Source of the DNA: Mytilus californianus
Lineage: Eukaryota
Direction of reading: 5' to 3'
DNA length: 64,000 nucleotides
NCBI RefSeq assembly: GCF_021869535.1
Contig: NW_026262582.1
Coordinates: 53,568,001-53,632,000, forward strand
The notes below the pieces were generated by a model. That model did no database searches. It had not been told where the DNA came from and saw nothing but the letters and a program-made list of their open reading frames with translations. The stretch's first letter is position 1. Every line of letters starts with the position of its first letter. Made by a program: the position numbers and the translations under genes. This document shows positions 49,051 through 61,551 of this stretch, piece after piece.

Positions 49051-49246
49051 TACTGTGGATTCATTTATTTTCATGGATTGAGGAAATCTTGCATCTTCGT
49101 GGATATTTGATTTCGTGGCTTTGTCAAAGTCTACATACAACATAATAGTAAGTTTGTACTTCAATGAACATTTAAATTCGTGGTTCACTTGTACCAACGA
49201 AATCCACGAAAATTGGTATCTCATGAATAATAATGAATCCACAGTA
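49051..49246. mobile_element. Tc1/mariner-type MITE
   Basis: TA|CTGTGGATTCATT ... AATGAATCCACAG|TA: inverted ends with TA TSD. Confidence 0.85.
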
Positions 49247-49272
49247 TACCATTTAATCTAGTTTTAACCTAC

Positions 49273-49578
49273 CAATAACTTTTCTTGGTTTGGCCATATC
49301 AGCTGATTCCAATGGGGATCCAGATCCTTCACTGTTGATGGCTGTGACCCGGAAGTAATAATCTTGACCTTCCTTTAGATCTTTAACATTAAACTTGAAA
49401 GAATTTCCATCTACAGTTCCAGCCTTTGTCCATGTTGACCTATTGGCTGGTCTATATTCAATCTGGTATTTTTCAATTGGAGCACCACCATCTTGTTCAG
49501 GTGCCTGCCATTCAATGTCAGCAGAACTCTCAGTGACATTACTGATTGATATCGGTCCAACTGGTGCTGATGGTTTGG
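49273..49578 (-). CDS. Exon: Fn3-array domain 5 (B)
   Basis: 306 nt; AKPSAPVGP...AINSEG...PRKVI. Confidence 0.9.
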
Positions 49579-49850
49579 CTGTAACAGAAAACATTTCCCA
49601 TGTAAATTTTAAAGAGTTGAGAAATTCATTTACAGGGTAATAACTAACACATGTTTTACATCTTTAACAAATTAATGTTCATTTTTATAACGTCCACAAA
49701 CAAACTGACTATTTCAAATCATTAGATTACATTACAATGAATCCATTACAGTAGAATTTTGATAATGTTATACTGTTATTATATAATATCCACACTTTCA
49801 ATTTCCATATTGAAAAGTATAGGATTTTACAGAACAGTGGATAAACTTAC

Positions 49851-50156
49851 AGAATGGACTCTTTGGCAATACAGATTTTTCAGCTTCTAATGGCTCCCCA
49901 AGTCCAGATTTATTTTCAGCACGTACGCGGAACATATATTCTGTTCCTTCTTGTAATTTGTCTACTTTAAGCTGATTGGTTTCACCATCAACTTTTTGGA
50001 CAGGTGTCCATGTTTTGCGTTTTTTGTCTTGCTTTTCAATGACATAGGAAGTGATTGGACTTCCACCATCTTCCTTTGGAGGTGACCAGTGAAGTGTGAC
50101 TGAATCTTTTCTGACATCAGTCATTTCAAGTGGTCCCATTGGTTGTGATGGTTTGC
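49851..50156 (-). CDS. Exon: Fn3-array domain 4 (A)
   Basis: 306 nt; GKPSQPMGP...PKSPF. Confidence 0.9.
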
Positions 50157-50375
50157 CTAAAATAAAAAAAATATTTATATTTACTAAATATTGTTTTACC
50201 AAAATAATGCAAGCTTCATAATTTTTAGAAAGTAAAGATATCATTACTTTAAAGAAGAAGCGATCCTCAAATTAAATCAAAACTAAAAGCAGGTTAGTCA
50301 AAAACGTTACTTTTCAAACTTGAAATGAAGAGAAAGAAACATGGACAATGCTTATGATTGAAGTATATAAATTAC

Positions 50376-50669
50376 CAATTGGTTTCTTTGGTATAACTAC
50401 ATCAGATACCAAGAGCTCTCCTTCACCGACGGCATTGATTGCTGCTACACGGAAGTAATATTTCTGTCCATCTTTAAGACCCTTGGCTGTATATTTGGTA
50501 GTATCAGAAATATCAAGTGGTGTCCATGTTTTACCATCTTCTGATATCTCAAGTTTGTAAGATGTAACTGGTGAGCCTCCATCTTTCTTTGGAGGAGACC
50601 AGTTTAAGGTCACTTCATCACCAAGTACATTGGTGAATTTGATTGGTCCCACTGGCTTAGCTGGACAAG
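50376..50669 (-). CDS. Exon: Fn3-array domain 3 (class C)
   Basis: 294 nt; CPAKPVGPIKF...EISEDGKTW...PKKPI. Confidence 0.88.
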
Positions 50670-51270
50670 CTATGAAATGTATAAATAAGTATATAAATGT
50701 GTCATGAATTTTTGTCAGTAAATCATTATAGATTTGGGCTTAAAAATGATTTTCTATGTTACATAAAAAGCTGGTATAAAACAAGAAGTGTTTAATATGA
50801 CAGTTGTTCCATCATTTGATATGCCAAATATCATAACACAAGCTGCTAAGTATTCAAAACTATTTGTTCTGTACTAATTATCATGGACTTCTAAGGTAAA
50901 GGTGAATTAACAAACTCAAATAAATGCAGAATTTTTTAAACAATAAAAACAAAGTTTCCACAAAATAGAAATTTTTCTTGATCTATGAAATTGGCACCAA
51001 TACAAATAAATGTATCCACATTATTTTTCACTTTCTATTTTTGCCAATTCCCTGGAGTTCAGTACATTTGTTATTTCACACTCCTTGTACAGGAACCAAT
51101 AAGCAAAGGCTTAGTTTGTTGATTTTAAAACGTTAATTCTCTTTGAATTATCCACAAATGAGAATAATTCAAGCATTTTCATAAATTATAACCTCACTAA
51201 AATTTTGAAAATTTCTATTTATGAATACTCGATAGATTCACAATGTATTAATTACAATTTTTAAACTTAC

Positions 51271-51576
51271 TTGGTGCTTGTTTTGGTTTGATTTCTGTGT
51301 CAGTAACAAGAGGCTCACTTGCTCCTTCAGCATTAACAGCTAAAACTCTAAACTGGTATGGAGTACCTTCTATCAACTTCGGAACAACAAAACTCAAAGT
51401 TTTGTCATCAACACTTCCAACCTTAGTCCAAGATAAACGTCTCTTGTCATATTTCTCAATAATGTATTCTTTGATTGGTGAGCCTCCATCTAATTTTGAT
51501 GGTTGCCATGACAATTTAACACTATCAGCTGTGATGTCAGAAGCAGTCAATGGTCCCTCTGGTTTTGATGGTTTTC
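51271..51576 (-). CDS. Exon: Fn3-array domain 2 (class B)
   Basis: 306 nt; GKPSKPEGP...AVNAEG...PKQAP. Confidence 0.9.
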
Positions 51577-51946
51577 CTAAAGTCATTTTATAGTTTTTTT
51601 ATTGCAGAATAATTTTAAATTGAACCAATAAAATGAAGAGTAAAGGTTCTCAATTTGCATGCTTATTATTCTAATACTGCCTACTATTGTAACCCTATTG
51701 TCAGACTTTTTTTCCTGTATCTGTTTTTGTGTGTTTTGTTTGTAGTTAAAATTAAGGTATGCCACAGTCTATACCCTCTTCTGAAATTACCATGCAAGAC
51801 TGCGCCAAATTAATGTGTTGTGCATTGTATTTCTTTTCAAAAAAACATTGGTACACAAGCCATGTTCTTATTTTCATTATTTTCTATATTTCCAAATAAC
51901 TGATTAGTCACCAAAATAGCTTTTTAATTTTGTCTCTTAATATTAG

Positions 51947-52245
51947 ATATAAGAAGATGTAGTATGAGTGCCAATGAGACAACTCTCCATCCAAGTCACA
52001 ATTTGTAAAAGTAAACCATTATAGGTCAAAGTATGGCCTTCAACACAGAGCCTTGGCTCACACCGAACAGCATGCTGTAAAGGGCCCCAAAAATGACTAG
52101 TGTAAAACCATTCAAACAGGAAAACCAATGGTCTAATTTATATAAAAAACATGAAACGAGAAACACTTATGAACCACATCAACAAAAGACAACCACTGAA
52201 CATCACGTTCCTGACTTAGGACAGGTGCAAACAAATGCAGCATTC
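51947..52245. mobile_element. SINE-like interspersed repeat
   Basis: Shares ~150 bp with the 36578 copy; continues to CCTGACTTAGGACAGG. Confidence 0.85.
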
Positions 52246-53406
52246 TTCGTTGGACAATCGCAATACTCCATTTTTTGAAAATTTTATTGTTTTTAGAAAC
52301 AGTACAAAAATAAAGAATAAATGAGTTGATGTAGTCAAATTATAATTTTTTAATCCAAATTCTAATCAAGACATTTTAATAGCAAGCATCGAATAAATTT
52401 GGTGTGGCCAAATAATAACTAAATACTTTTTTTTAGGGTTTTAATGATCATTTTATACTTACATTGATAACCAAAAATATTAAGACAAATGTTATAGAAG
52501 AACTCTAAACTAAGATTCAAGTACTCATCCAAACCCCAAAAAGTTTATATTAAATCATAAAGATACCAGTCAGTGCTTACAACATCAGTGTCGGGAGTAA
52601 TCTTCATGGGTATGCTCCAGACAAAATGTTTGAGAGGCAAAGTACATGGAAAATATTGGAGCTGTCAAAACCAGAAAGGAAACAAACAAAAAAGTCATAT
52701 TAAACCATCTGAAGTCAATTTTACAACTGGGATTTGCAACCTTCTAGCACAATATGATTTAGAAAGTGAAAATTTACAATGAAATGTTATGGTTTTAGAA
52801 ATGAATTTTTAAGAATAAGAAGGACATTTAAATAAAGGACTGGTGACAAGTGATGGCATTAGTGAACATGGACTATTACACTAAATATAAATATCCTTTG
52901 GATGACATGAGTTTCTTGCAAGCTATAACCAACAAGGTATTATAATTATTTGACTTAGGAGTTATTCTTTCAATCATGGATGTTGATGCAGTGTAAAGCA
53001 ATCACCAATCAATCAATCAATCAATTCAATCATGGATTTTATTTTCACTGTCAACCAAACATATAAAATCCTGTGTTTCATACAAAATTAGGAAAAGAAG
53101 AAAATTTTGTGAAATTTCTGTGTCTAGCACATGATTCCAAGTCATTGACCCCCCCTACCAAATTCTATAATTGGAAATAATCCAAATCTAAATAACATCT
53201 TATTAGCTATAAATTTATAAAGGCATAACTAATAATTGTTTGCTCCCTTATCATTTGGTCTCTGCTGGATAATTGTCTCATTTGCTATAATACCACATCT
53301 CCTTATTTTTATATGCAATGTATAACTTTTTGTTTGTACATCTTTTGTCTGGAGAGTCCAATGTTGGTTGTTGTGTGGTCTGTTATACTTTCAAATATTG
53401 TTTTTA

Positions 53407-53598
53407 AGTTCATGGTATCCTTTTTTATGGTTCATTGTATCTTCTTTTTAGTTCATTGTATCCTTTTTTTAGTTCATGGTATCCTTTTTTTAGTTCATGG
53501 TATCCTTTTTTATGGTTCATTGTATCTTCTTTTTAGTTCATGGTATCCTTTTTTATAGTTCATGGTATCCTCTTTTTAGTTCGTTGTATCATTTTTTT
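53407..53598. repeat. ~21-23-bp minisatellite x~9
   Basis: AGTTCATGGTATCCTTTTTTT variants; explains the ORFs at 53313 and 53497. Confidence 0.9.
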
Positions 53599-55734
53599 AT
53601 ACATTTTATTATAGCCCTTTTTTGTGAAGTCACAGAATTCAAAGCACTCCAATGTTTCATGCAAAATCTTGACAATCAACAAACAGCATGCTTTCAAACT
53701 AACACAAAACAATTAAAATGTTATACTTTATTTTATTTAACATTTTATTGATTAAAATGTATACAATTCAACATTAATATAGTAATTAATCTTAAAAATT
53801 TCACATAACAACTTCATTTAAACCATTCATTTGAATATTCAAAAACCCATGCACAAGATCTCTTGGCCAAGATTATCTTCAAACAATTTATCAGAACAAT
53901 ATACTTAGCACTGGAATGATATGAAAAAACAAATTGAGCACTTAAAACACAATCAAGTTAAGAAAATTAAATATGGTAATGGTATCTTAGTAAAATAAAT
54001 GAAACATGTAAAACAAATTTTGTATGGGGAAAAGATTGTTATTTCTTAAGGCATACAATTTTGTTCTCAAGAATTAATTTTTGAGAAAAAAAACCCACTT
54101 CTTTTACACTAAGAACAATACAAAATTTCTTGTTTCAACCCTTATATGAATGGTTTGAAAAAATGAACAAAACTTTGTCATGCATTTGATCAAGTATACA
54201 ATATATTAGTAACTAGTAACATTCTATTAATTAACAATATCTAACTTCAATTAACTAGTAACTAACTACTATTACTAAAACATATCACATTCAGCATGGA
54301 GATTCACAACCTTATACATTTTGATTACTAAAAATTCATAATATTACTTCTGATTATAAAAAAAATATTTCAACGAAAGGAATGTTCAACAATTTTCAGC
54401 AGTTAATGATAAAAATATAATAAAAATATATAGTATTCATAATTATAATATAACACATGGTTACAAAAAAATTAAAACGTCATTTATGTAAAAATCACAT
54501 TATGATTGATATGTAAATAAATCTATTCATCACATATTTTGCTATGAGTATGATATTCAAAATTAAAAAGAAATTAAAAACTTGAATTGTTGATTAAAAT
54601 GGACCAAATGGATAATGTTGTGGACCATGTTCTTAGATGAGAACATGATTCCGAAAAATGCCCATTTTAAATTCGACATAATGAAAGTTTATCATTTAAT
54701 AATGTAATGTCTAACAGGGATGAATTTTGAAAGGAATGCATTTTATTCCATATGAAATGTAATGTGTTATATCAAATTTATAATGGCAACCTTGTTTGTT
54801 TATTTTCCAGTCATGGACTATAAGTCTATTTTCTTATTATGCACCTTTTTTATACAATTGTAAATGCAATAAATTGTCCTTTAATAGGTTGCTATGAGAT
54901 CCATACCTAAACACCACAGACAGATTAAGGACTTTCTTTAACTTAAGGATCATATATATAAGGTCATACATGTACTACATGAACCAACTCTTCTAACCTT
55001 TACCTTATCTCTTATCCTAAACCTAATTTTAACACTAAGCTAGAGATAAAATGTTCTAATTAAAAACTATCAAAATTAAAAAAAAATGTGGGTCCCTATG
55101 TAAAAGAATGCCCATGGGTGACACAGTGAAACCAATTGTCAAGTTGAAAATAATAGGATAGTTTATACATTTGGACGGGTTATGTTATTGAAAATCATTC
55201 AAATAGGTTTATATTTGATTCACACACATAAGGCACATGCTTCGATACTTATGAATATGTAAACAATTTAATTAAGATAATCATGGTCAAATTTTGGCTC
55301 TGATTTTAAATCATGATATGTCAAATTATGTGGTCTTCTTTCACAGTATTTTTGTTCTCAGATGTAATAGAATTGAGACTTCTATCAATTGTTCACAAAT
55401 CTCAATTAACTCCAAACTCTATAACTAAACTCTTTAGAAGAGTAACTTTTGAGAGCTTAAACAGTGAAAAAAGACCACATTTATCAATGGCATAACAGTA
55501 TGTAATTTAGGTTATAGAAATTGAAAACATTTATTTACATTTTTGCCATTTCTCGTCACCGATAAAAAGGAGCAAGTAATTTGTGACCAAAATGTCAAGC
55601 TCCATAAATTACACACTGATATATGTTTAAAATTAACAATAAAACAAAAAGCATTCACAATTTTTTTCAAGACATCATGCTGTTAATATTCAACATCAAA
55701 CTTTTATCAATTCGGGTTGCATATCCAAACCTAC

Positions 55735-56040
55735 CAAATGGACTCTTTGGAATAACTGGTTCGGATGTCTCCAAAGGTTTGGAAACTCCAATGTCATTTT
55801 CAGCAGTAACTCTAAACATGTATTGTTTTCCATCCATTAATCTACTTGGTGTAATAGTTGTGGTTGGAGCTTTAACAGATCCCACTTTTGTCCATTGTGA
55901 ACGGTTTTGTTCACGCATGTCTACATTGTATTGTTTAATGTCTGATCCACCATCATCTTTTGGTGGTTGCCATGACAGTGTGACACTATCTTTGAGAAGG
56001 TCTGTGACCTCTATTGGTCCTTCAGGGGGACCAGGGATGT
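55735..56040 (-). CDS. Exon: Fn3-array domain 1 (class A)
   Basis: 306 nt, phase 1-1; DIPGPPEGP...PKSPF. Confidence 0.9.
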
Positions 56041-56222
56041 CTACAATGAAAAAAAAAATTATTGTCAGTCCAGAAGCAAATAAGATTTGTTCAGTTACAG
56101 TGTCAACATTTACAAAATGTACCAATTTAATTCCTCAAGTTAAAAAAAAATCTAAAACAGCAATTATTATAACAGTTTCCTTAGCTATATTTCAAATTAG
56201 AATACACACATATTATATGTTA

Positions 56223-56348
56223 TTCAGGTCTCAGACAGGGTATATAATGTGACATTCCAGGCTTAGAGTTTATATTCCCTGAAAAGGCAAAGGGGATATA
56301 AACCCTAAGCCGGGAATGTCACATTATATACCCTGTCTGAAACCTGAA
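56223..56348. repeat. Long near-perfect inverted repeat (~57-bp arms, ~12-nt loop)
   Basis: TTCAGGTCTCAGACAGGGTATATAATGTGACATTCCAGGCTTAG... versus ...CTAAGCCGGGAATGTCACATTATATACCCTGTCTGAAACCTGAA. Confidence 0.9.
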
Positions 56349-57383
56349 TTACACCTATATTACGGATTACTCCTGCCTTAATGTTTTTCCAGTACCAGGT
56401 ATTTATTAAACATTCACCATACAGTATATATATATTTAGTATATGTAGTGTTTCTTATTATTTTGAGTAATTCTTTTAAATGCAAGGTTTCCATCTTGAC
56501 AAATTTTTTTTTTGGTAAAAATATTTTTTCAATAAAGTTTTTAGATTTCATGTATACTGTTTGTATGTTTGTGACTTTTTATGTATTATGACATTTTTTT
56601 ACAACAAAAATACTGAAAAACCCAACCTGATATTTTTCCCATATGTGAAGGATTTTGTAATTTGCTGTGAAAATAATATTATCGTGTATGCAATGATTTG
56701 TAATTACACTTTAAGACATTAATTAAGTATTTGATGTGTAAATCGAGTGATTTTAAATTAAAAACGTATTATTGACGGATACATGTCATTATTTTCCCTC
56801 TGAAAGCCTCTGATATTCTTTAAGTGTTCTGTATGGCTTAAGACTATGTCACATAGTAGTCACATAGTAACGTTCGTTATGATGACATTGTTGGGGATCC
56901 AATTGGGATAAAAAACATCATATATACCACGGCAGTTTCCTGAATATATACTGACATCTCTGTATTGTTATCCAATCACAAAACTCGACACATTTGTAAT
57001 CCATAATATATATATATATTGGCAGTCAGCAAGGTTTAAAGAACATCCGTTGTTCGACCTGTTAGTCAAATGCGTTTTGTTAAAATATACTTTCTCACTT
57101 TTTTGGTCTTTTGGAAAATGTTGTTTGTGCTGTATTTAGACCCCTCTACCAAGAAATTTGATCATGCAGACATATAAAAATTGTGGTTTTTATCCAACGC
57201 AATCATAGGTTTGAACGTTGTTTTCAATTTAGACTTATATATATATATTATGCCTTAAAAATATATATAGATTCTAAAACAGTTTTTGGAAACAGGAAAA
57301 TATGACATTTATAAAAAATAATGATGAATTTTCACTATTATACACTTTAATCTCTATCCAATAATTACACAAGTATCACTGAC

Positions 57384-57671
57384 CTGTGACCTCTACATCG
57401 AATGTTGCCTTGGCATCACCAGCCTCATTTTCAGCCATGATTGCATACATGCCATCATCTTCTCTGGTGGCTTTCTTGACTTGTAAAGTACTTCCTGTGG
57501 GTGTTGTATCAAGGTTGAGACGACTTGATGGTTTGATGGTCTGATCATCTTTACACCAAGTGACAGAAGGTTTAGGAATTCCACTAACTGTTACTGGAAT
57601 TCTCAGTGATGTTCCACTGCGTAGAGTGATCAAGTCTCTGAATTTATTATCATATTCCAGTTTTGGTGCAG
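57384..57671 (-). CDS. Exon: Ig
   Basis: 288 nt, phase 1-1; APKLEYDNKFRDLITLRSGTSLRIPVTVSGIPKPSVTW. Confidence 0.9.
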
Positions 57672-58091
57672 CTGAAATTAAAGGATATTATAAAATTAAT
57701 GTTTCTAATCAATGTTCATTACATTATAAAAAAAATCAAGGTTAAAATTTCAGGAATGATTCATTACTTTTGAAGTAAATAGTTAAACATCTTTGGGGAA
57801 TATTACTTTATCCATAAATCATGATAATTTTGCTCACCACAACTCTTCTGTATACTAATAACTATGTATTGTAAATAACAATAATGGAGAATTGAAGACT
57901 GGCAATAGCTAAACCCTTCTAAAAAGCAAATCAGAATCATATATCTTCAATTTAGATTTTAAATAAATTAATAAATTTATATGCCCTGAAACATGCCTTT
58001 GTTACATCTTACAAATGTATGATGTTTACAGTACAAATATGATGTGGAACTAATGTAAAACATGTGTAAGGAGCCAGATCATTTCTCTTAC

Positions 58092-58264
58092 CCTGAACCT
58101 CCAGTTGTCCTGAGGTTGAAACAGAACCTAAATCATTGGATGCCTCACATTTGTATGTCCCAGCATCCTTTTCTGTGACCTCTCTCAAGGTCAATGAGGC
58201 TACCATGTTGTCATAGCTAGTCTCATATTTCTTAGTTGAAGGAATAGTTTTGTTGTCTTTGGAC
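58092..58264 (-). CDS. Exon: Ig C-terminal half
   Basis: 173 nt, phase 2-1; SKDNKTIPSTKKYETSYDNMVASLTLREVTEKDAGTYKCEASN. Confidence 0.88.
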
Positions 58265-58669
58265 CTGCAACATTTATTTTCTCAGTGAATTAAAGTTAAT
58301 TTGTCATTAAAAGTAGCTTATTTACATGCAGTGAAATATCTTGAAGAATATTATGAATCATGTATACAGTAAATTTAGAAACAAATGCAAGGTTTTTACT
58401 GATGCAAAAGGATAAAAAATATAATAAATATTAAAACTCTTATTTCAATTTTGACTTTAGGACCTATAATGCCCCTAATCATACCTTATCTTTTTGAATT
58501 TTTCAATTCTTTATTTTGTCATCTAGTTTTTTTTTATGAAACATTATCTCTAACTTTTCAAGTGAAGTAAGTAAATAGTGTCTTATAGTGTTTCTATACT
58601 AAAAAAAAGAAGAAATTATTTGAAAAATTTCTTTCTACATAATCAAAATCCTAATTTAAATCTGCTAAC

Positions 58670-58781
58670 CATTCCACAGAAGGTTGTGGCTGTCCATTGA
58701 TTTTACATTCCAATGTTGTGGCTTCTCCAAGTAAGACAGACACATCTGGGATTCCCTCCAATACTGATGGTGCTTCTCCAA
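58670..58781 (-). CDS. Exon: Ig N-terminal half
   Basis: 112 nt, phase 1-2; GEAPSVLEGIPDVSVLLGEATTLECKINGQPQPSVEW. Confidence 0.88.
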
Positions 58782-59051
58782 CTGTAAAATAAGACATAAA
58801 TATACTGTTATGCCATAATGTAAAAACATAATTTCCTAAAAATGTGAATGTATTACTCAATAATTTCTTATTTTATGTCTTCTATTTAATACATATATAG
58901 ATGAAAATTATTGCATGTCTTTGTCCACATCTCAGCACACAAATTTTAAGTCATGCATGCAATCAGAAACTACTGTTGAAGTTCTAAAAATATAACCGAA
59001 ACAATGTGACAATATTTCCCATAAAATTTGATTAAGACATTATAGACTTAC

Positions 59052-59357
59052 TTATTGGTTCCTTGGCTAAGACAGGACCTGTAGATGGTGAAGGTTTACT
59101 TAATCCAGCCTTGTTCTCAGCAAGAACACGGAACTCATACTCAAATCCTTCTGTTAGGTCTTTCACTGTGAAGGCACAATCTGGTACCTGGATGTTATGT
59201 GTGACTGGTACCCATTTATGTGACCTTGGTGGTTTAGATTCAATGACATAATTGAAGATAGGACTTCCTCCATCTTTTTCTGGTGCTACCCATTTCAGAG
59301 AGATGGAATTTTTTGTAACTTCTGTTATCTCTGGCTGTCTTGGTGCATCTGGTTTTT
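59052..59357 (-). CDS. Exon: Fn3
   Basis: 306 nt, phase 1-1; EKPDAPRQPEIT...AKEPI. Confidence 0.9.
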
Positions 59358-59775
59358 CTAAATCAAAGAGAGACAAATTATGAAACAAACTCTGCAGTAT
59401 CAAAAGGTGCTGGTGATTAAAACAAAAGGACTTTAGTGGAACCAATATTCATACATTCATGTAATTGTTCCAGATATTTACAATAAAACAAAGAACACTT
59501 ACTTACTGTAATTAAGAAATTTTTTCAATGATTTTATTATTGCAAAAATTGTGTTGGGATAGGTTTAATCAAAATATTTTGAATTTTGATAGCATGATTT
59601 GAATGCATCATTTCCTCAAACTGTAATAATTTATCTTCCATTTTTGTAAAATTTTCAACAATCGTAATAAGAAATGCACGCAAAAATCTAAAAATTTACA
59701 GTATCTTTTTTTTGTTTTAAGTTTCTGATTTTAAACATATTTTTTGTACATCTAAGCCCTGTTAGCATTGCTTAC

Positions 59776-60078
59776 CAAATTGATTTTTAGCCAAGATTGG
59801 TCCAGTTGGTTGACTTGGCTTGCCAATACCAGCAGCATTTTCTGCTGAAACACGGAACTCATATTTAGATCCTTCAACAAGGTCCATGGCTGTAAACATT
59901 GTATCAGAGACTGATTTCTTGTTGATTTTCGTCCATCTTGTGCTGTCAGCTGGTTTACGTTCTACCATATAACCAATGACAGGAGAACCTCCATCATTTT
60001 CTGGTTGTTCCCAAGTCAAGGTCATAAATGATTTTGTAATTTCTGATGGCTGTAGATTCTGTGGTGCATCTGGGACAT
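59776..60078 (-). CDS. Exon: Fn3
   Basis: 303 nt, phase 1-1; ...TWEQPENDGGSPVIGY...AKNQF. Confidence 0.9.
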
Positions 60079-60437
60079 CTGAAAAATGTGATCAATAGTA
60101 TTTATGTATTAACATTACCTGAAAAGTTTTTTCATCAATGTTAATGAAATATTGTGCGAATGCAATTGGTCTTAATGCTGAAATTTTATTTGTAGCAATA
60201 TGTTGTTAGATTGTTGTATAAATGATTTTTATCTTTTATCTACTTTTTTAATTCCTTGCCATGACAGGATGTTGTTGTCTTTTTATAGTATAGTTTGGGT
60301 TTATATCTACTTTTGTTTAACATTGAACGAATTTTATCATACTTTGATGCAGTTATGCATCTTATAATTCTCCAATAAAAATCAAGACATTTCCCTGCAA
60401 ATTATTTACTCAATTCTGACTAAACTTGTTTACATAC

Positions 60438-60740
60438 CAAATGGACTCTTAGCAACAGTGCCTTTGTCCATTTCTGCTGGTTCACTTGAACCGATTTCAT
60501 TTTTAGCAATGACACGGAAGTAATATTCATTTCCTTCCAACAGTTTCATTACATTGTAAGAAAATGTTGATTTATCAACTTTGTCAACAGGTGTCCATGT
60601 GTTTCTCTTGGCATCACGTTTTTCAATGATATAATCTGTGATGTCACAGCCTCCTGTGTCAGTGGGTTGTTCCCATGACAACAATGCAGAATCTTTCTGG
60701 ACTTCAGGCACAGATAAGTTCATTGGTTTGGATGGTTTGT
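60438..60740 (-). CDS. Exon: Fn3
   Basis: 303 nt, phase 1-1; ...SWEQPTDTGGCDITDY...AKSPF. Confidence 0.9.
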
Positions 60741-61013
60741 CTATAAAACAAAAAACTTTGGTTGAAAAAAATCTTATTTGTTTAGATAATTGACATGCAT
60801 GCTCTATAGGTTTTAATTTATATGTATTTTCTTTTCTCCTGTAAACTTTTTAATATTACAAATTTTGAATATAGAAGGACCAACGCACAAATCAAAATAA
60901 TCATTTAGTTCCTAAAATTGGATTATACAAGATAAACAATTCAACTTGATATGTATTTTAAATATCATTTCCAGTTTTCATTTTTATTATTCAAAATTTC
61001 CTGAAAAACAGAC

Positions 61014-61301
61014 CTTTAACAATTATTTCAAAGTCAGCTTCAGCTTTTCCGACAACATTTTCTGCTGTAATTTTGTACATTCCAGCATCCTCTAGTGTGG
61101 CATTCTTTATTGTCAGGATAGAGAACTCTTCTGTTGTTTCCATTGTCAGACGTGGTGATTTCTCTATTGTTTCTCCATCTAAAAGCCATGCGACTTTAGG
61201 TGATGGGATACCACTGATGTTAACAGTCAATGACAAAGAGCCTCCTGCCTTAATGGCTTGTTTACTCTTGAGTTTGTTGTCATAATCAAGTTGAGGGAGA
61301 G
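61014..61301 (-). CDS. Exon: Ig
   Basis: 288 nt, phase 1-1; LPQLDYDNKLKSKQAIKAGGSLSLTVNISGIPSPKVAW...DAGMYKITAEN. Confidence 0.9.
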
Positions 61302-61551
61302 CTGCAAAGAATCAAAATCTCAATAAACCTTTGTTCTTAGGCATTCATTCATTCATTTGTGAATTCATTTATGAATAAAAACTTGCACAGTTACTCATCT
61401 TGACATTAAAAGTTAAATGATGAGATACACTGTATGTTTCATGTTTTTGGTACTTTCTGGTAGAGCTCCTTAAAAAATTCTATGTAAACAAGAAAAGCAA
61501 AAAAAGTAATTTCAACATCTAATTTGTTACGAGAATCTAAAGTAAACTCAC

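Noticed and set aside
3271-51593. Plus-strand ORFs overlapping exons (e.g. 3271, 4137, 38448, 40112, 44038, 51288)
   Set aside because: These are antisense shadows of the minus-strand coding exons, with no independent splice or domain evidence.
52560-52760. Coding-looking plus-strand stretch (IPVSAYNISVGSNLHGY...)
   Set aside because: It is short, ends in stops, and has no recognisable motif. It may be a decayed retroelement, but this is unsupported.
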